Position numbers and translations under genes: made by a program
Source: an uncultured delta proteobacterium
GTDB lineage: Bacteria > Myxococcota_A > Polyangia > Fen-1088
Assembly: GCA_963767925.1 (NCBI GenBank)
Contig: CAVYGB010000008.1
Span: 192,001 to 256,000 of the forward strand
DNA: 64,000 nt
Direction of reading: 5' to 3'
The notes under the pieces: model-generated
The model's database searches: none
What the model saw: the letters and a program-made list of their open reading frames with translations, nothing else
What the model was told of the DNA's origin: nothing
In this document: positions 38,745-50,466 of the stretch, piece by piece
Numbering within the stretch: position 1 is the stretch's first letter
How the letters are laid out: each line of letters begins with the position of its first letter

Positions 38745-39652
38745 CAGGCCGCTGGCAGCAGTTGCGCGAGCTCGGGGAACGACGCGACCGAGAGGGTCAG
38801 GTGGGCGGGGGGCTCGCCGGTCCCATCGCGGGCCCGGGCCAGCCACTGCAGCGCCGGCCCGGCCGCCGAGGGGACCATGATCGTCGCCCAGATCCGCCGC
38901 TGCAGGACCATGCGCTGCCCGAGCGCGGCCGAGCCATCGCAGCCGATGATCGGCAGCGCCGCCAGGTGGGGCAGATCGCGCCGGGAGGCCACGTCGCGCA
39001 AGGCCTGGCGGGCGCCCAGGGCCATCTCGTCGTTCTGCGCGCACACGACCTGGGGCAAGGCCTCGAGGGAGGCCTCCTCCAGCCAGCGGTCGAGCAGCAG
39101 CCGGGCGCCCTCCACCGTCCAGTCGGAGTCGACAACCGTGAGCCGGTAGTTGTTTGCGCCGAGGTCGGTCCGCAGGGCCTGCAGGCGCCGCTGCGAGGAG
39201 GAGGTCCGCGCCAGGCCGGTCACGCACAGGATGGTGCCCCCATCGGGCAGCAGGAGGTGGAGCTGCTCGGCCTGGATCCGGCCGATCTGGGATTGATCGG
39301 GCGTGACGCCGAAGATGGGCACGCCCGGGAACTCCGCCCGCAGCGCCGGCAGGTAGCTGGCCTCCCGGTTCAGCAGCACCCAGCCCACGCCGACCGCGGC
39401 CGTCTGGCGGGCGACCTCGGCGAGCGCATCGTCGCGGACCGGGCTGACGAGCACGGCGGCCAGCCCGTCGGTCTCCGCGCGGGCCAGCGCCTCGGCCACC
39501 TGGGCCGACTGCTTGCCGGCATCGTTCCCGGCGGCGAGCACGCGCACGGAGAAGCCGACCTCGGTCCCCACCCGCACGGCTTCCTCGGCCAGACGCGCCT
39601 GGTAGTCGTTGTCCCGGCTCCTCAGAAACAGCGCGATCTCCCGACGCCGCAC
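38744..39652 (-). CDS. Sugar-binding periplasmic-binding-fold protein lacking a signal peptide
   Basis: NDYQ, VLLNR, DQSQIGRIQA, SDWT, CAQNDEMALGA, IIGCDG are RbsB/LacI ligand-domain motifs; no hydrophobic N-terminus or HTH. Confidence 0.8.
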   Translation of the reverse strand: MRRREIALFLRSRDNDYQARLAEEAVRVGTEVGFSVRVLAAGNDAGKQSAQVAEALARAETDGLAAVLVSPVRDDALAEVARQTAAVGVGWVLLNREASYLPALRAEFPGVPIFGVTPDQSQIGRIQAEQLHLLLPDGGTILCVTGLARTSSSQRRLQALRTDLGANNYRLTVVDSDWTVEGARLLLDRWLEEASLEALPQVVCAQNDEMALGARQALRDVASRRDLPHLAALPIIGCDGSAALGQRMVLQRRIWATIMVPSAAGPALQWLARARDGTGEPPAHLTLSVASFPELAQLLPAA

Positions 39653-40052
39653 GCCCCTATTTTGTCCCAGCCCGGGGTCCATTGCAGCCCTGAGAGTCGA
39701 GGCTTCGTCCGTCAGGGTCGCCGGGACGGCAACGCGTAAAATCGGCGTAAACACCCCGGCGCGCCGCCGGTGCTTTCGGGGCCCCGACTATACTGACCGC
39801 CCGTCACCCCTCCTTTCGTTGCGGCACCATGCGTCAGAAGGCGAACCAAGCAGCGGCCCCCTGCCGGGCGGGCCGTGGGCGCCGGCCGGCGGCACCGGAA
39901 CGGCACGCGCCAGGCCGGCGCCGAGGCGGTAAGCTGCCCGCCGTCGGCCCGGTGGTCGCCCGGGGCCGGGGCGGGTCACTTCCCAGGACATATGCCCATT
40001 CCCCGGGCGCCGGGGTCCCTCTTCGGCGACAGTCTCGGATCGGAGTCTTCCC

Positions 40053-41152
<1,100 letters not shown>

Positions 41153-41156
<4 letters not shown>

Positions 41157-42868
41157 AGCTCATCGCCCCCACCAAGCTGCTCAAGCTCGTCGAGCGGAAC
41201 CGGGACGGGACACCGTTTTACGCGCGGGCCCTGCGCATCACCAACTGGCGGGTGGTCTCGCAGGTGTCGTTTTTCGCCCTGTTCGTCTTCCTGCTGTGGG
41301 CCACCTGGTTCTCCCGGCTGGGGGGCTACCCGGTCTCGCTCTTCCTGGAGATCGACCCCCTCGTCACCTTCGCGACCGCGCTGTCGACCGGCACGGTGTA
41401 CCGCTGGCTGTGGCGGGCGATGTGGATCTTGATCCCCACGCTGCTGCTGGGGCGGGTGTTCTGCGGCTGGATCTGCCCCTACGGGACGATGCACCAGTTC
41501 ATCGGCTGGGTGTTCAACATCCGCAAGAACCGGCAGAACATCGACGTCAACGCCTACCGCCCGATCTTCCAGCTCAAGTACTTCGGCCTCGTCATCTTCC
41601 TCGTGCTGGCCGCCTTCGGCTCGCTCCAGATCGGGCTGCTCGATCCGATCTGCTTGCTGGTGCGATCGTTCGCGGTGGCGCTCAAGCCGGGCGCCGACGC
41701 CGCCTTGCCCGCGGGGATCGACTTCCTGCGGTCGGCCCCCGGCGCCATCGACCCCCGGGTCTTCTCCGGCGCCTGGTTCGTGGGGCTCATGCTCGTCGCC
41801 CTGGTGGGCATGAACCTGGTCATCCCCCGCTTCTTCTGCCGGGTGCTCTGCCCGCTGGGCGCCTTCCTGGGCGTGCTCTCCCGCTTCGCGCTGTGGCGCA
41901 TCGACCGGGACGTCACCAAGTGCACCGACTGCAACCTCTGCCTGCGCCACTGCGAGGGGGCCTCCGATCCCCAGGCCGCCCTGCGCAAGAGCGAGTGTTT
42001 CGTCTGCTTCAATTGCATCGACGACTGCCCGGAGGACGCCCTCAGCTTCCGCCTGGCCCCCGTCCCCATCCACAAGCGCATCATCGGCTCGATCAAGGAC
42101 GGCAGCGCCAAGCTGTTCGGGCGCAAGGTGATCTCCAAGCTCCCCGAGACCGAGATCGCCAAGCCGGCCGTGCCCCGCCGGCGCTGGATCCTGGCCGGGG
42201 TGGTGGGCGTCTTGACCTACCCCTTCCTCCGCTACTCGAAGGCGGTCAACAAGCGGAGCTTCAACGACAAGGCCATCCGCCCCCCCGGCACCGTCGCCGA
42301 GGAGGAGTTCCTCGAGCGTTGTATCAAGTGCGACCAGTGCATCAACGTCTGCCCCACCAACGTGCTGCAGCCCTCGACGCTGAGCGAGGGCGGGCTCGAG
42401 GGGTTGTGGACGCCGGTGATGGACTTCCGCACCGGGTTCTGTCAGCTGAACTGCACGCTGTGCAGCGAGGTCTGCCCCACGGGGGCCATCCAGAAGATCT
42501 CCCTGGCCCAGAAGCTGGGCCTCGGTGAGCACAAGGAGCAGGGCCCCATTCGCCTGGGCACCGCCTTCTTCAATCAGGGGCGCTGCCTGCCCTGGTCGAT
42601 GCAGACCCCCTGCGTGGTCTGCGAGGAGGTCTGCCCGACCAGTCCCAAGGCGATCGGCACCTACCAGGAGACCATCACCCGCTGGGACGGCCAGAAGGTG
42701 CTGCTCAACAAGCCTTACATGCGTCCCGAGCTCTGCATCGGCTGCGGCATCTGCGAGCGGGAGTGCCCGGTCGTCGACGATCCCGCGGTCTACGTCACGG
42801 CCATCGGGGAGACCCGCTCCAAGGACCGCACTTTGCTCCTCGGCAGCCACAAGAAGCAGGAGACCTGA
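41153..42868 (+). CDS. Membrane polyferredoxin (NapH/MauN-like plus MauM/NapG-like 4Fe-4S domains)
   Basis: [57 protein letters not shown]. Confidence 0.9.
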
Positions 42869-42873
42869 ACCTC

Positions 42874-44079
42874 ATGAGCAAGAAAATCGGCAAGAGCCAC
42901 CACATCACCCGGCGACAGATGCTGAGCAAGGCCGGCGCCGCCGGCGGCGGGCTGGTGCTCGCCTCCACGCTGGGCGTGGGGCCCGAGGCCATCGCGGCCG
43001 CTCCCCTGCAGGTCCCCCGGCGCGTGCTGGGCAAGACCGGCGAGAAGATCCCCATCCTCTGCATGGGGGGCGCCTTGCCCCTGGATCCCCGCTTCGACCC
43101 CAAGCTGGCCGAGTGCGTGAAATACGGGGTCAACTACTTCGATCAGGCCGACTGCTACTCGGGCGGGGAGGGGGAGCCGGCCCTGGGCGCGTTCCACACC
43201 CGGGCCAACCTGCGCTCGAAGATCTGGATCACGACCAAGAGCGACGAGAAGGATCCCAAGGGCTTCGAGGAGACGTTCCACAAGAGCCTCGAGAAGCTGA
43301 AGACCGACTACGTCGACATGTATTACCTGCACGGCCTGCGCAAGCCCGAGCACCTCAGCGACGAGCTGAAGGTGGTGGTCGAGCGGCTGCGCAAGCAGAA
43401 GAAGCTGCGCTTCTTCGGCTTCTCCTGCCACGACGGCACGGTGGCCGAGCTGCTCGATCTGGCGGCCAAGCTGCCCTGGATCGACTCGGTCATGTTCCGC
43501 TACAACTTCCAGCAATACGGCAACGAGAAGCTCAACCGGGCCATCGACGCTTGCGTGAAGTCCAACGTCGGGCTCATCGCCATGAAGGCCCAGGGGTCGG
43601 CGGTCTCCTTCGAGCCGCAGTGGAAGAAGTTCGAGCAGACCGGCAAGTGGAACAAATATCAGGCGGTCATGAAGGCGGTCTGGGCCGACGAGCGGATCAC
43701 GGCGGCGGTGTCCGACATGGACAACCTCGACAAGCTCCGGGAGAACATCGGCGCCGCCCTCGACAAGACCAAGCTCAGCGCCGCCGAGCTCGAGGCCCTG
43801 CACAAATACGCCTCGGCCAGCCGGTCGGTGACCTGCGACGGCTGCGATCACCTGTGCGGCGCGGCCCTGGCGGCCCCCCTGCAGGTCGGGACCACCCTGC
43901 GCTACCTCATGTACCACGACGTCTACGGCAAGTCGGAGCTGGCCAAGGACCTCTACCGCAAGCTGCCGGCCGAGGCCCGCCAGCTCGCGGGGGTCGACTT
44001 CGGCCCGGCCCGGGCAGCCTGCCCCCACGGGGTGGACATCGCCCACTGGATGAAGCGCGCGGCCGACGTCCTCGCCTGA
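42874..44079 (+). CDS. Tat-exported aldo/keto reductase with C-terminal Cys cluster
   Basis: TRRQML signal; [42 protein letters not shown]...CPHGVDI. Confidence 0.9.
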   Translation: MSKKIGKSHHITRRQMLSKAGAAGGGLVLASTLGVGPEAIAAAPLQVPRRVLGKTGEKIPILCMGGALPLDPRFDPKLAECVKYGVNYFDQADCYSGGEGEPALGAFHTRANLRSKIWITTKSDEKDPKGFEETFHKSLEKLKTDYVDMYYLHGLRKPEHLSDELKVVVERLRKQKKLRFFGFSCHDGTVAELLDLAAKLPWIDSVMFRYNFQQYGNEKLNRAIDACVKSNVGLIAMKAQGSAVSFEPQWKKFEQTGKWNKYQAVMKAVWADERITAAVSDMDNLDKLRENIGAALDKTKLSAAELEALHKYASASRSVTCDGCDHLCGAALAAPLQVGTTLRYLMYHDVYGKSELAKDLYRKLPAEARQLAGVDFGPARAACPHGVDIAHWMKRAADVLA

Positions 44080-44934
44080 TCAGTTCCGCCGGGATCGCTC
44101 GGCGGCGTCTCTCAACCGGGCGGCGGAGAGCCGTTGCGGGGCCAGGGCCGGGGTCAGCAGGATCTCGATGCGCCGGTTGCGCGAGCGACCGGCGCCGCTG
44201 CGGTTGCTCTCGATGGGGTGGTGCTCGCCGTAGCCGCTCGCCACCAGGCGGTCGGGGGGCACGCCCGCCTTGTCGTGCAGGAAGCGGACGACGTTGAGGG
44301 CCCGCCCGGCCGACAGCTCCCAGTTGGTGGGGAACTGCCGGCGCAGCTTGCGCGAGATGGGCTGGTTGTCGGTGTGTCCCGAGACCTGGAGCTGCTTGTC
44401 CCCGATCTGGGCCAGCACGCCCCCCACCCGGGCCAGCACGCTGGCCCCCCGCTTCGAGACGTTGGCGCTGCCCGAGTCGAACAGGATCTTGTCGACCATG
44501 TCGACGCGCAAGCGGCCGTTGCTCTGGCTGAGGGCGATCTCGCCCTTGGCGATCTCGTCTTTCATCTTGTCCTGCAGGCTCTCGAAGGTGCCCTTGAGCT
44601 CGGCCAGCTCGCTCGCCTTGGCCTCGACGTTCTTCTGCAAGGCATCGCGGGCGGCGGCCAGCTCGGTCTTCTCGCTCGCCAGGGCCTGCAGGCGCAGCTC
44701 GAGAGCCCCGCGCGCCCGCTCGCTGGCCTCGCCCTTGTGAACCAGGGCCACCAGCCGGACCTGCTCCTTCCAGGCGAGCTGGCCGACGTAGGCCACGCCC
44801 AGCAGCACGAGGACCAGCAGCAGCCAGGGCACGCGCGAGGGCGGCCGCGGCTCGGTCATCATTCGATAAGCCGGGTCGTGGGGCACGCCGTACGACGGAT
44901 AGTGCGGCGGTGTCTGGGTCTGCGGAGCGTACAT
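44080..44934 (-). CDS. MotB-like/OmpA-domain membrane-anchored protein
   Basis: One TM helix, coiled coil, ILFDSG, GHTD, NWELSAGRA, NRRIEI. Confidence 0.9.
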   Translation of the reverse strand: MYAPQTQTPPHYPSYGVPHDPAYRMMTEPRPPSRVPWLLLVLVLLGVAYVGQLAWKEQVRLVALVHKGEASERARGALELRLQALASEKTELAAARDALQKNVEAKASELAELKGTFESLQDKMKDEIAKGEIALSQSNGRLRVDMVDKILFDSGSANVSKRGASVLARVGGVLAQIGDKQLQVSGHTDNQPISRKLRRQFPTNWELSAGRALNVVRFLHDKAGVPPDRLVASGYGEHHPIESNRSGAGRSRNRRIEILLTPALAPQRLSAARLRDAAERSRRN

Positions 44935-45148
44935 GGTCGTCCCTCCTGTCGCGGTCCCACGGCGGGCGCCTCACTCCTTCGCCCACCTCACCTGTCTCGC
45001 TCCTCGCCTCCGCGTCCCCCGTAAGGGGGCCCACGCCCGCCCCAGCGAAAAACAGGTCCGGGTCATTGTGGACCGGGCCCTGAGGCGGGAGCAACCGGAT
45101 CCGTGCTGGAAACAACGGATTGTTCACCACCCGGGCTAAGCTGCGCCG

Positions 45149-46504
45149 ATGTCCCACACCGTCCCCGATGTCGCCGGCTCGGCCCAGCTTCGCCGCACGC
45201 TCGGCCCGGTCAGCCTCTGGGGCCTCGGCGTCGGCTACGTGATCAGCGGGGAATACTTCGGGTGGAACCTGGGCCTACCTCTGGGAGGGACGTATGGAAT
45301 GATGGCAGCTACGCTCGCCATCAGCGTCCTCTATCTCACCTTTGTCTTCAGCTACGCAGAGCTGGCCTGCGCCGTCCCCCGCGCCGGCGGCGCCTTCGTC
45401 TATTGCACCCGGGGCCTGGGGCCCTTCTGGGGCTGTCTGGCCGGGCTGGTCCAGATCATCGAGTTCGTGTTCGCCCCCCCGGCGATCGCGATGGCCATCG
45501 GCGCCTACCTGGCCCAGCGCTGGAGCTCGGTCGATCCCCGGGCGGTCGCCATCGTGGCCTACTTCGCCTTCACCGCCCTCAACGCCTGGGGCGTCCGGCA
45601 GGCCGCGCTGTTCGAGCTGTTCGTCACCGTCCTGGCGGTGGCGGAGTTGCTCGTGTTCATGGGGGTGGTGGCGCCGGCGGTCGAGCTGGCCAACTTCCAC
45701 CGCGACCCCTTGCCCAACGGCTGGAGCGGGGCCTTCGCCTGTCTGCCCTTCGCGATCTGGTTCTATCTGGCGATCGAGGGGGTGGCCAACGCCGCCGAGG
45801 AGGCGCGCAACCCCCAGCGCGACGTGCCCCGGGGGTTCGGGGCCGCCATCTTCACCCTGCTGGTCCTCGCGCTCGGCGTCTTCTTCTGCGCGGTCGGCGT
45901 CGATGGCTGGCGCTCGGTGGTCTACGCGCCCGGCTCGTCCGAGCCGAGCGATGCCCCGCTGCCGCTCGCCCTGGCCCACGTCGTGGCCCGCGAATCGCCC
46001 CTCTACACCCTGCTGCTGGGGGTGGGCCTGCTCGGGCTCATCGCCTCGTTCCACGGGATCATCCTCGCCGCCGGGCGGGCCACCATGGAGTTCGGACGCT
46101 CCGGCTACGCGCCCCGGGTCCTGGGCCGCATCCACCCCCGCACCCACACCCCGGTCGTCGCGCTGCTGGCCAACATGCTGGTGGGGATCGTGGCGATCCT
46201 GTCGGGGCGCACGGCGGAGATCATCACGCTCTCCTGCTTCGGCGCGGTGTCGCTGTACCTGCTGGCCATGGCGGCGCTGTTCGCCCTGCGGCGGCGCGAG
46301 CCCGAGCTGGCCCGCCCGTTTCGCGCGCCCGGGTACCCCTGGTTCCCGGCGGTGGCGCTGGTGCTCTCGCTCGCCTCCCTCGTCGCCCTGGTGGTCTACA
46401 ACCCCGGTATCTCCGCGGTGTTTGCCGCGCTGCTGCTCGCGGGGGTGATCTTCTACTTCGCGCGGGTCCGGGGCCGGGTGGACCCCAGCTGGGCCAGCCG
46501 CTGA
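45149..46504 (+). CDS. eat: Ethanolamine permease (APC superfamily)
   Basis: LWGLGVGYVISGEYFGWNLG, IEFVFAPPAIA, PFAIWFYLAIEGVA..AEE, GLIASFHGII. Confidence 0.88.
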   Translation: MSHTVPDVAGSAQLRRTLGPVSLWGLGVGYVISGEYFGWNLGLPLGGTYGMMAATLAISVLYLTFVFSYAELACAVPRAGGAFVYCTRGLGPFWGCLAGLVQIIEFVFAPPAIAMAIGAYLAQRWSSVDPRAVAIVAYFAFTALNAWGVRQAALFELFVTVLAVAELLVFMGVVAPAVELANFHRDPLPNGWSGAFACLPFAIWFYLAIEGVANAAEEARNPQRDVPRGFGAAIFTLLVLALGVFFCAVGVDGWRSVVYAPGSSEPSDAPLPLALAHVVARESPLYTLLLGVGLLGLIASFHGIILAAGRATMEFGRSGYAPRVLGRIHPRTHTPVVALLANMLVGIVAILSGRTAEIITLSCFGAVSLYLLAMAALFALRRREPELARPFRAPGYPWFPAVALVLSLASLVALVVYNPGISAVFAALLLAGVIFYFARVRGRVDPSWASR

Positions 46505-46621
46505 TCGCGCCGCCTCCGCCGCCGCACGCTGCGGCGCTGGTTTCGCGAGGGTGATGGAACTGTCCCATGACGGCAACGGAACGTCGTACGTTCTGTAACG
46601 AAACGGGACCGAAGGGAAACG

Positions 46622-48073
46622 ATGAAGCGGAACCGAGCGCGCGCCTTTCATCTTGTGTGGACCTTGGCGGGGGTGCTGGCGGTGGGCTGCGGGAAGGAGG
46701 ATCCGGCGGCTGACCCGGTCCTCGACGCCGCTGCCGATACCCCCGCCGCCCAGGTCGGTGGGGTCGGCGATGGTCCCCCGGCGGTGCGGGACCTGGCCCC
46801 CTACGAGCGGCTGGCCGCGCCGCCGCCGCCCACCGGCCACGGCTGGACGGTGCAGGAGGTGGGCGCGGGAGGGACCGGCAGCGGCCGCCTGCAGGTCGCC
46901 CCCCAGGGCGTCGTCCTGTTCGGTGGTGGGGCCGACATCGGCGGTGCGGCGGACTCCTTCGTGTTCGCCTTCCGGAAGATGAAGGGCGACGTCGAGATCC
47001 TGGCCCGCCCGCGCTTCGTCCAGCGGGCCGACGCCCGCTCGACCGCCGGGATCATGGTGCGGGCCGACGAGAACGACCCCGGGGCCGCCAGCGTCTACTT
47101 CGGCTTGCTGGCCGATCCGCTCATGGGGGGCCAGGTGGTCCACCGGGCTGCCCGCGGCCAGGTCAGCGTGGCGGCGCCCGCCGATCCCCAGGTGCGCAAC
47201 CAGTTCCTCCGGCTGCGCCGGGAGGGGCGCCGGTTCACCCTGGCCCGCAGCTCGGACCGCAGCGCCTGGGTCAAGATGGGCTCGGTCGAGATCGACATGC
47301 CCGAGGAGGTCGCCGTCGGCCTGGCCCTCAGCGCTCGCAGCAGCGCGGCCAGCGGCACGGTGGGGGACTTCGACTTCGTCCGCCTGCTCGGCACCAGCGC
47401 GGGCGCGCCCGGGGAGGCCTGGGAGCTCGACCCCCTCGGCCTCGCCGGTCCGCTCGCGACCGCGTCTCTCCAGGGGGGCGAGCTGACCATGAGCGCGGTG
47501 GGCGAGCCCTTCACCACGACCCTCGAGAACGGGGCCGCGCTGCTGGCCCCGCGCACGGTCGACAGCGGCAGCCTGAGCCTCACCGCCCGGGTCGAAGCCC
47601 TCGGCGACGGCAACACCCCGGGCGCCCGCCTCGCGCTCACCTTCCGGGAAGGCTTTCCGGGGCGGCTCGGCCCGACCGCCCGCAACGTCCTCATCAGCAT
47701 CTCGGCGGACGGCCTGCTGGCCTTCCAGCGGCGGGACCGTTCGACCAACTTCGATCCCGGCATGACCCGGACGGGGGTCGTCTTGCCGGTCTGGTTGCGC
47801 CTGACCCGCAGCGACGATCCGCTCAGCGGCCGGACCACGGTCAGCGGGCTCTATTCGATGGACGGCTCCACCTGGACGACCCTCGATGCCGTACCCTTCT
47901 CGATCCCCGACCCCACCATGGCCGGCGTCGTCTTCACCTCGGGGACCTCGGCCAGATACGCCAGCGCCCGGGCCACCGGCTTTGCTATCAGCACCGCGGC
48001 CATGCCGGCCGTCCCTCCCGACGCAGGCCCACCCACTGGCGGCGCCGACGCCGCGGGGGAGGTGGGACCGTGA
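46622..48073 (+). CDS. Lipoprotein with two ConA-like/DUF1349-like beta-sandwich domains
   Basis: Lipobox AVGC; GGGADIGGAADSF...GDVEILAR...AGIMVR...LRLRREG..F...S.D...W; second copy PVWLRLTR..YSMDGSTW. Confidence 0.7.
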   Translation: MKRNRARAFHLVWTLAGVLAVGCGKEDPAADPVLDAAADTPAAQVGGVGDGPPAVRDLAPYERLAAPPPPTGHGWTVQEVGAGGTGSGRLQVAPQGVVLFGGGADIGGAADSFVFAFRKMKGDVEILARPRFVQRADARSTAGIMVRADENDPGAASVYFGLLADPLMGGQVVHRAARGQVSVAAPADPQVRNQFLRLRREGRRFTLARSSDRSAWVKMGSVEIDMPEEVAVGLALSARSSAASGTVGDFDFVRLLGTSAGAPGEAWELDPLGLAGPLATASLQGGELTMSAVGEPFTTTLENGAALLAPRTVDSGSLSLTARVEALGDGNTPGARLALTFREGFPGRLGPTARNVLISISADGLLAFQRRDRSTNFDPGMTRTGVVLPVWLRLTRSDDPLSGRTTVSGLYSMDGSTWTTLDAVPFSIPDPTMAGVVFTSGTSARYASARATGFAISTAAMPAVPPDAGPPTGGADAAGEVGP

Positions 48074-50397
48074 CCGGGCGGCCGAGGATCCGTCGCCTGC
48101 CGCGGCTGGTGGTGGCAGCCCCGGCGCTGGCCCTGGCCGGGCTGCTCGCCTGCGTGGACGGCGGCGACGCGCCCCCGCCGGTGTTCATCTCCGAGCTCAT
48201 GTACCACCCGGTCGAGGAACAGAGCCCGCAGGAGCACCACGAGTTCGTCGAGCTGCACAACCGGAGCGAGGCCGTCGTGGCGCTGGGCGGCTGGCGGCTG
48301 GCCGACGGGATCCGCTTCACCTTTCCGGCCGGTGCCACCCTCGGGCCCCGCGGCCACCTGGTGGTGGCCAAGAACCGGGGACAGCTCCTGGTTCTGACCA
48401 GCTACGGCCTGGACGGCGCCGCCGTGCTGGGCGACTACGACGGCGAGCTCGACAACGACGGCGAGCGGGTGGTCCTGCTCGACGCCAAGGGCGTGATCGT
48501 CGACGACGTGACCTACGACGACCGCTTCCCCTGGCCGGTGGGCGCCGACGGGCTGGGGGCGGGAGAGCGCTGGCTGTCGCCAGAGAAGCTCGGCGGAGCG
48601 CCCCTCGCCGCGCACCGCTTTTTCGGCCGCTCGCTGGAACGGGTGGCCTTCGGGCCGACCGGCGCCTCGGCGAGCAACTGGGAGGCCTCTCCCCTCGACG
48701 GCCCGACCCCGGGCCGGCCGCCGGTCGCGGGCGAGACGGCCCGGACGACGGTGGCCACCTTGCAGGCCGGTCAGCCCGGGGGCACCGGCGCCCGCATCGC
48801 CGCCAGCGAGCCGGTCCGCATCGCGGTGGGGTTCTTCGCCGACGCCGGTCCGCAGGCCCCCGCGATCGAATATTTCGTCGACGACTTCGAGCGCTCGGAC
48901 GAGCCGACAACCCGGGTGGCCCTGCTGCAGACCCGGACCAGCGAGGGGTTCGAAGCGATGTTGCCGCTTCAGAAGGAGAGGTCGGTGGTCCGTTACCGGG
49001 TGCTCGACACGCGGGACGGCCGCACCTCCGTCGTCTCGCCCCGCCCCTCGGACCCCGACGACTGGCATGCCTACTTCGTCGCGCCGCCCGGGGGCAACAC
49101 GCCCGCCTTCCACCTGTTCATCAGCACCGCGAACTGGGAGCGGATGTGGGATCACATGGAGCGCGGGCGGGTGCCCGGCCACGTCGGCGTGCAGGGCGGC
49201 GTCCCGGGGTTCTGCACCCCCAACCCTTACTGGAACGCCCGGGTGCCCGCCACTCTGGCCGTCGACGGCCAGGTCTACGAGATCCAGGTCCGCTACCAGG
49301 GCAGCACCGTGAGCCGCGCGGGCGGTCGGAACATCGACCGCCGGGCCTGGCCGATGGACGTCGCCGCGCCGGCCCGGCCGGCGGCGTTTCGCGTGCTGAG
49401 CTGGCGCGTGCACTTCCCCCGCCACAACCGCTACGAGAAGAAGGCGGCCTTCAACCTCAACAAGCTCATCGACGGCGCCTGTGGGTTCAGCTACGCGGTC
49501 GGCACCACCTTGTTCGAGCGGGCCGGCCTCCCGGCCGGCGAACCGGCCCACTACGTCCGCCTGTTCATCAACGGCGGCTACTACGGCTACATGCAGCGCA
49601 TGGAGCGGATCGACGAGGATCTCATCGAGCGCTTTTTCGGCAAGGACCACCCCATGGGTGATCTGTTCAAGTCCACCGGGGGGCGCTGGGACCAGGGACC
49701 GTTCGGCTGGGGTGACGCGCGCATCCTCGAGGACCACTGCGGCTACGGCGCCGCCGAGCGCTACGCCGCCACCTACGAGCGGGAGAGCCTCACCGACTGG
49801 AAACGGGGCTCTCCCGAGGTGCAGCAGCTCATCGAGGACCTGCACGCCGCCCGGGCCCAGGGCGTCCCGGCCATGCGGGCCTTCTTCGAGAAGAACTTCG
49901 ATGTGCCGATCCTGACCACCTACATGGCCATCCGGAACTGGCTCGGCCCCTGGGACGACTACTTTCACAACTACTACCTCTACCGGCGGACCGATGGGCG
50001 CTGGCTGTTCCTCCCGAACGACTTCGACGGGGAGATGGGCAACAACCCGCTCTCCTGGCACGACACCTCGTTCTTCAACGGGCGGGAGAACGATCGGTCC
50101 AACCGCAACAACTGGAGCAACTACCTCAAGGACGCCTACCTGCAGTCCTTCCGGGACGAGCTTGTCGGTCGCCTCGAGGAGCTGTCCCGGACGGTCCTTC
50201 ACCCCAGCCACGTCACCTCGGTGATCGACGAGGTGGCGGCCCGCTACGACGTGGCCGAGGCCAGGCAGGCGGCCAGCGTGTCGCTCAGCCCCATGATCCC
50301 CCTGTGCGGGAACGGCGACCCGCCCATGGTGGTCGAGCGGATGAAGACCTTCGCCCGCCTCCGCCACGAACGCATCCTCGACAAGCTGTTCGACTGA
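48070..50397 (+). CDS. Lamin-tail-domain plus CotH-kinase-family lipoprotein
   Basis: Lipobox LLAC; FISELMYHP..EFVELHN (lamin tail); VRLFINGGYYGY..ERID, WDDYFHNYYLY..W.FLPNDFD (CotH); GTGA overlap with the upstream gene. Confidence 0.85.
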   Translation: MTGRPRIRRLPRLVVAAPALALAGLLACVDGGDAPPPVFISELMYHPVEEQSPQEHHEFVELHNRSEAVVALGGWRLADGIRFTFPAGATLGPRGHLVVAKNRGQLLVLTSYGLDGAAVLGDYDGELDNDGERVVLLDAKGVIVDDVTYDDRFPWPVGADGLGAGERWLSPEKLGGAPLAAHRFFGRSLERVAFGPTGASASNWEASPLDGPTPGRPPVAGETARTTVATLQAGQPGGTGARIAASEPVRIAVGFFADAGPQAPAIEYFVDDFERSDEPTTRVALLQTRTSEGFEAMLPLQKERSVVRYRVLDTRDGRTSVVSPRPSDPDDWHAYFVAPPGGNTPAFHLFISTANWERMWDHMERGRVPGHVGVQGGVPGFCTPNPYWNARVPATLAVDGQVYEIQVRYQGSTVSRAGGRNIDRRAWPMDVAAPARPAAFRVLSWRVHFPRHNRYEKKAAFNLNKLIDGACGFSYAVGTTLFERAGLPAGEPAHYVRLFINGGYYGYMQRMERIDEDLIERFFGKDHPMGDLFKSTGGRWDQGPFGWGDARILEDHCGYGAAERYAATYERESLTDWKRGSPEVQQLIEDLHAARAQGVPAMRAFFEKNFDVPILTTYMAIRNWLGPWDDYFHNYYLYRRTDGRWLFLPNDFDGEMGNNPLSWHDTSFFNGRENDRSNRNNWSNYLKDAYLQSFRDELVGRLEELSRTVLHPSHVTSVIDEVAARYDVAEARQAASVSLSPMIPLCGNGDPPMVVERMKTFARLRHERILDKLFD

Positions 50398-50466
50398 TCC
50401 GGGCCGGCCGGGCATCCGGACCGCACCCGGCTTGCGCCCGGGCCGCCGCGTGGCACAGTGGGGCCC

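Noticed and set aside
45241..45360. Lower-GC patches at the 5' ends of eat and the GltD-like gene as signs of transfer
   Set aside because: Short and confined to gene starts, where relaxed codon bias is common.
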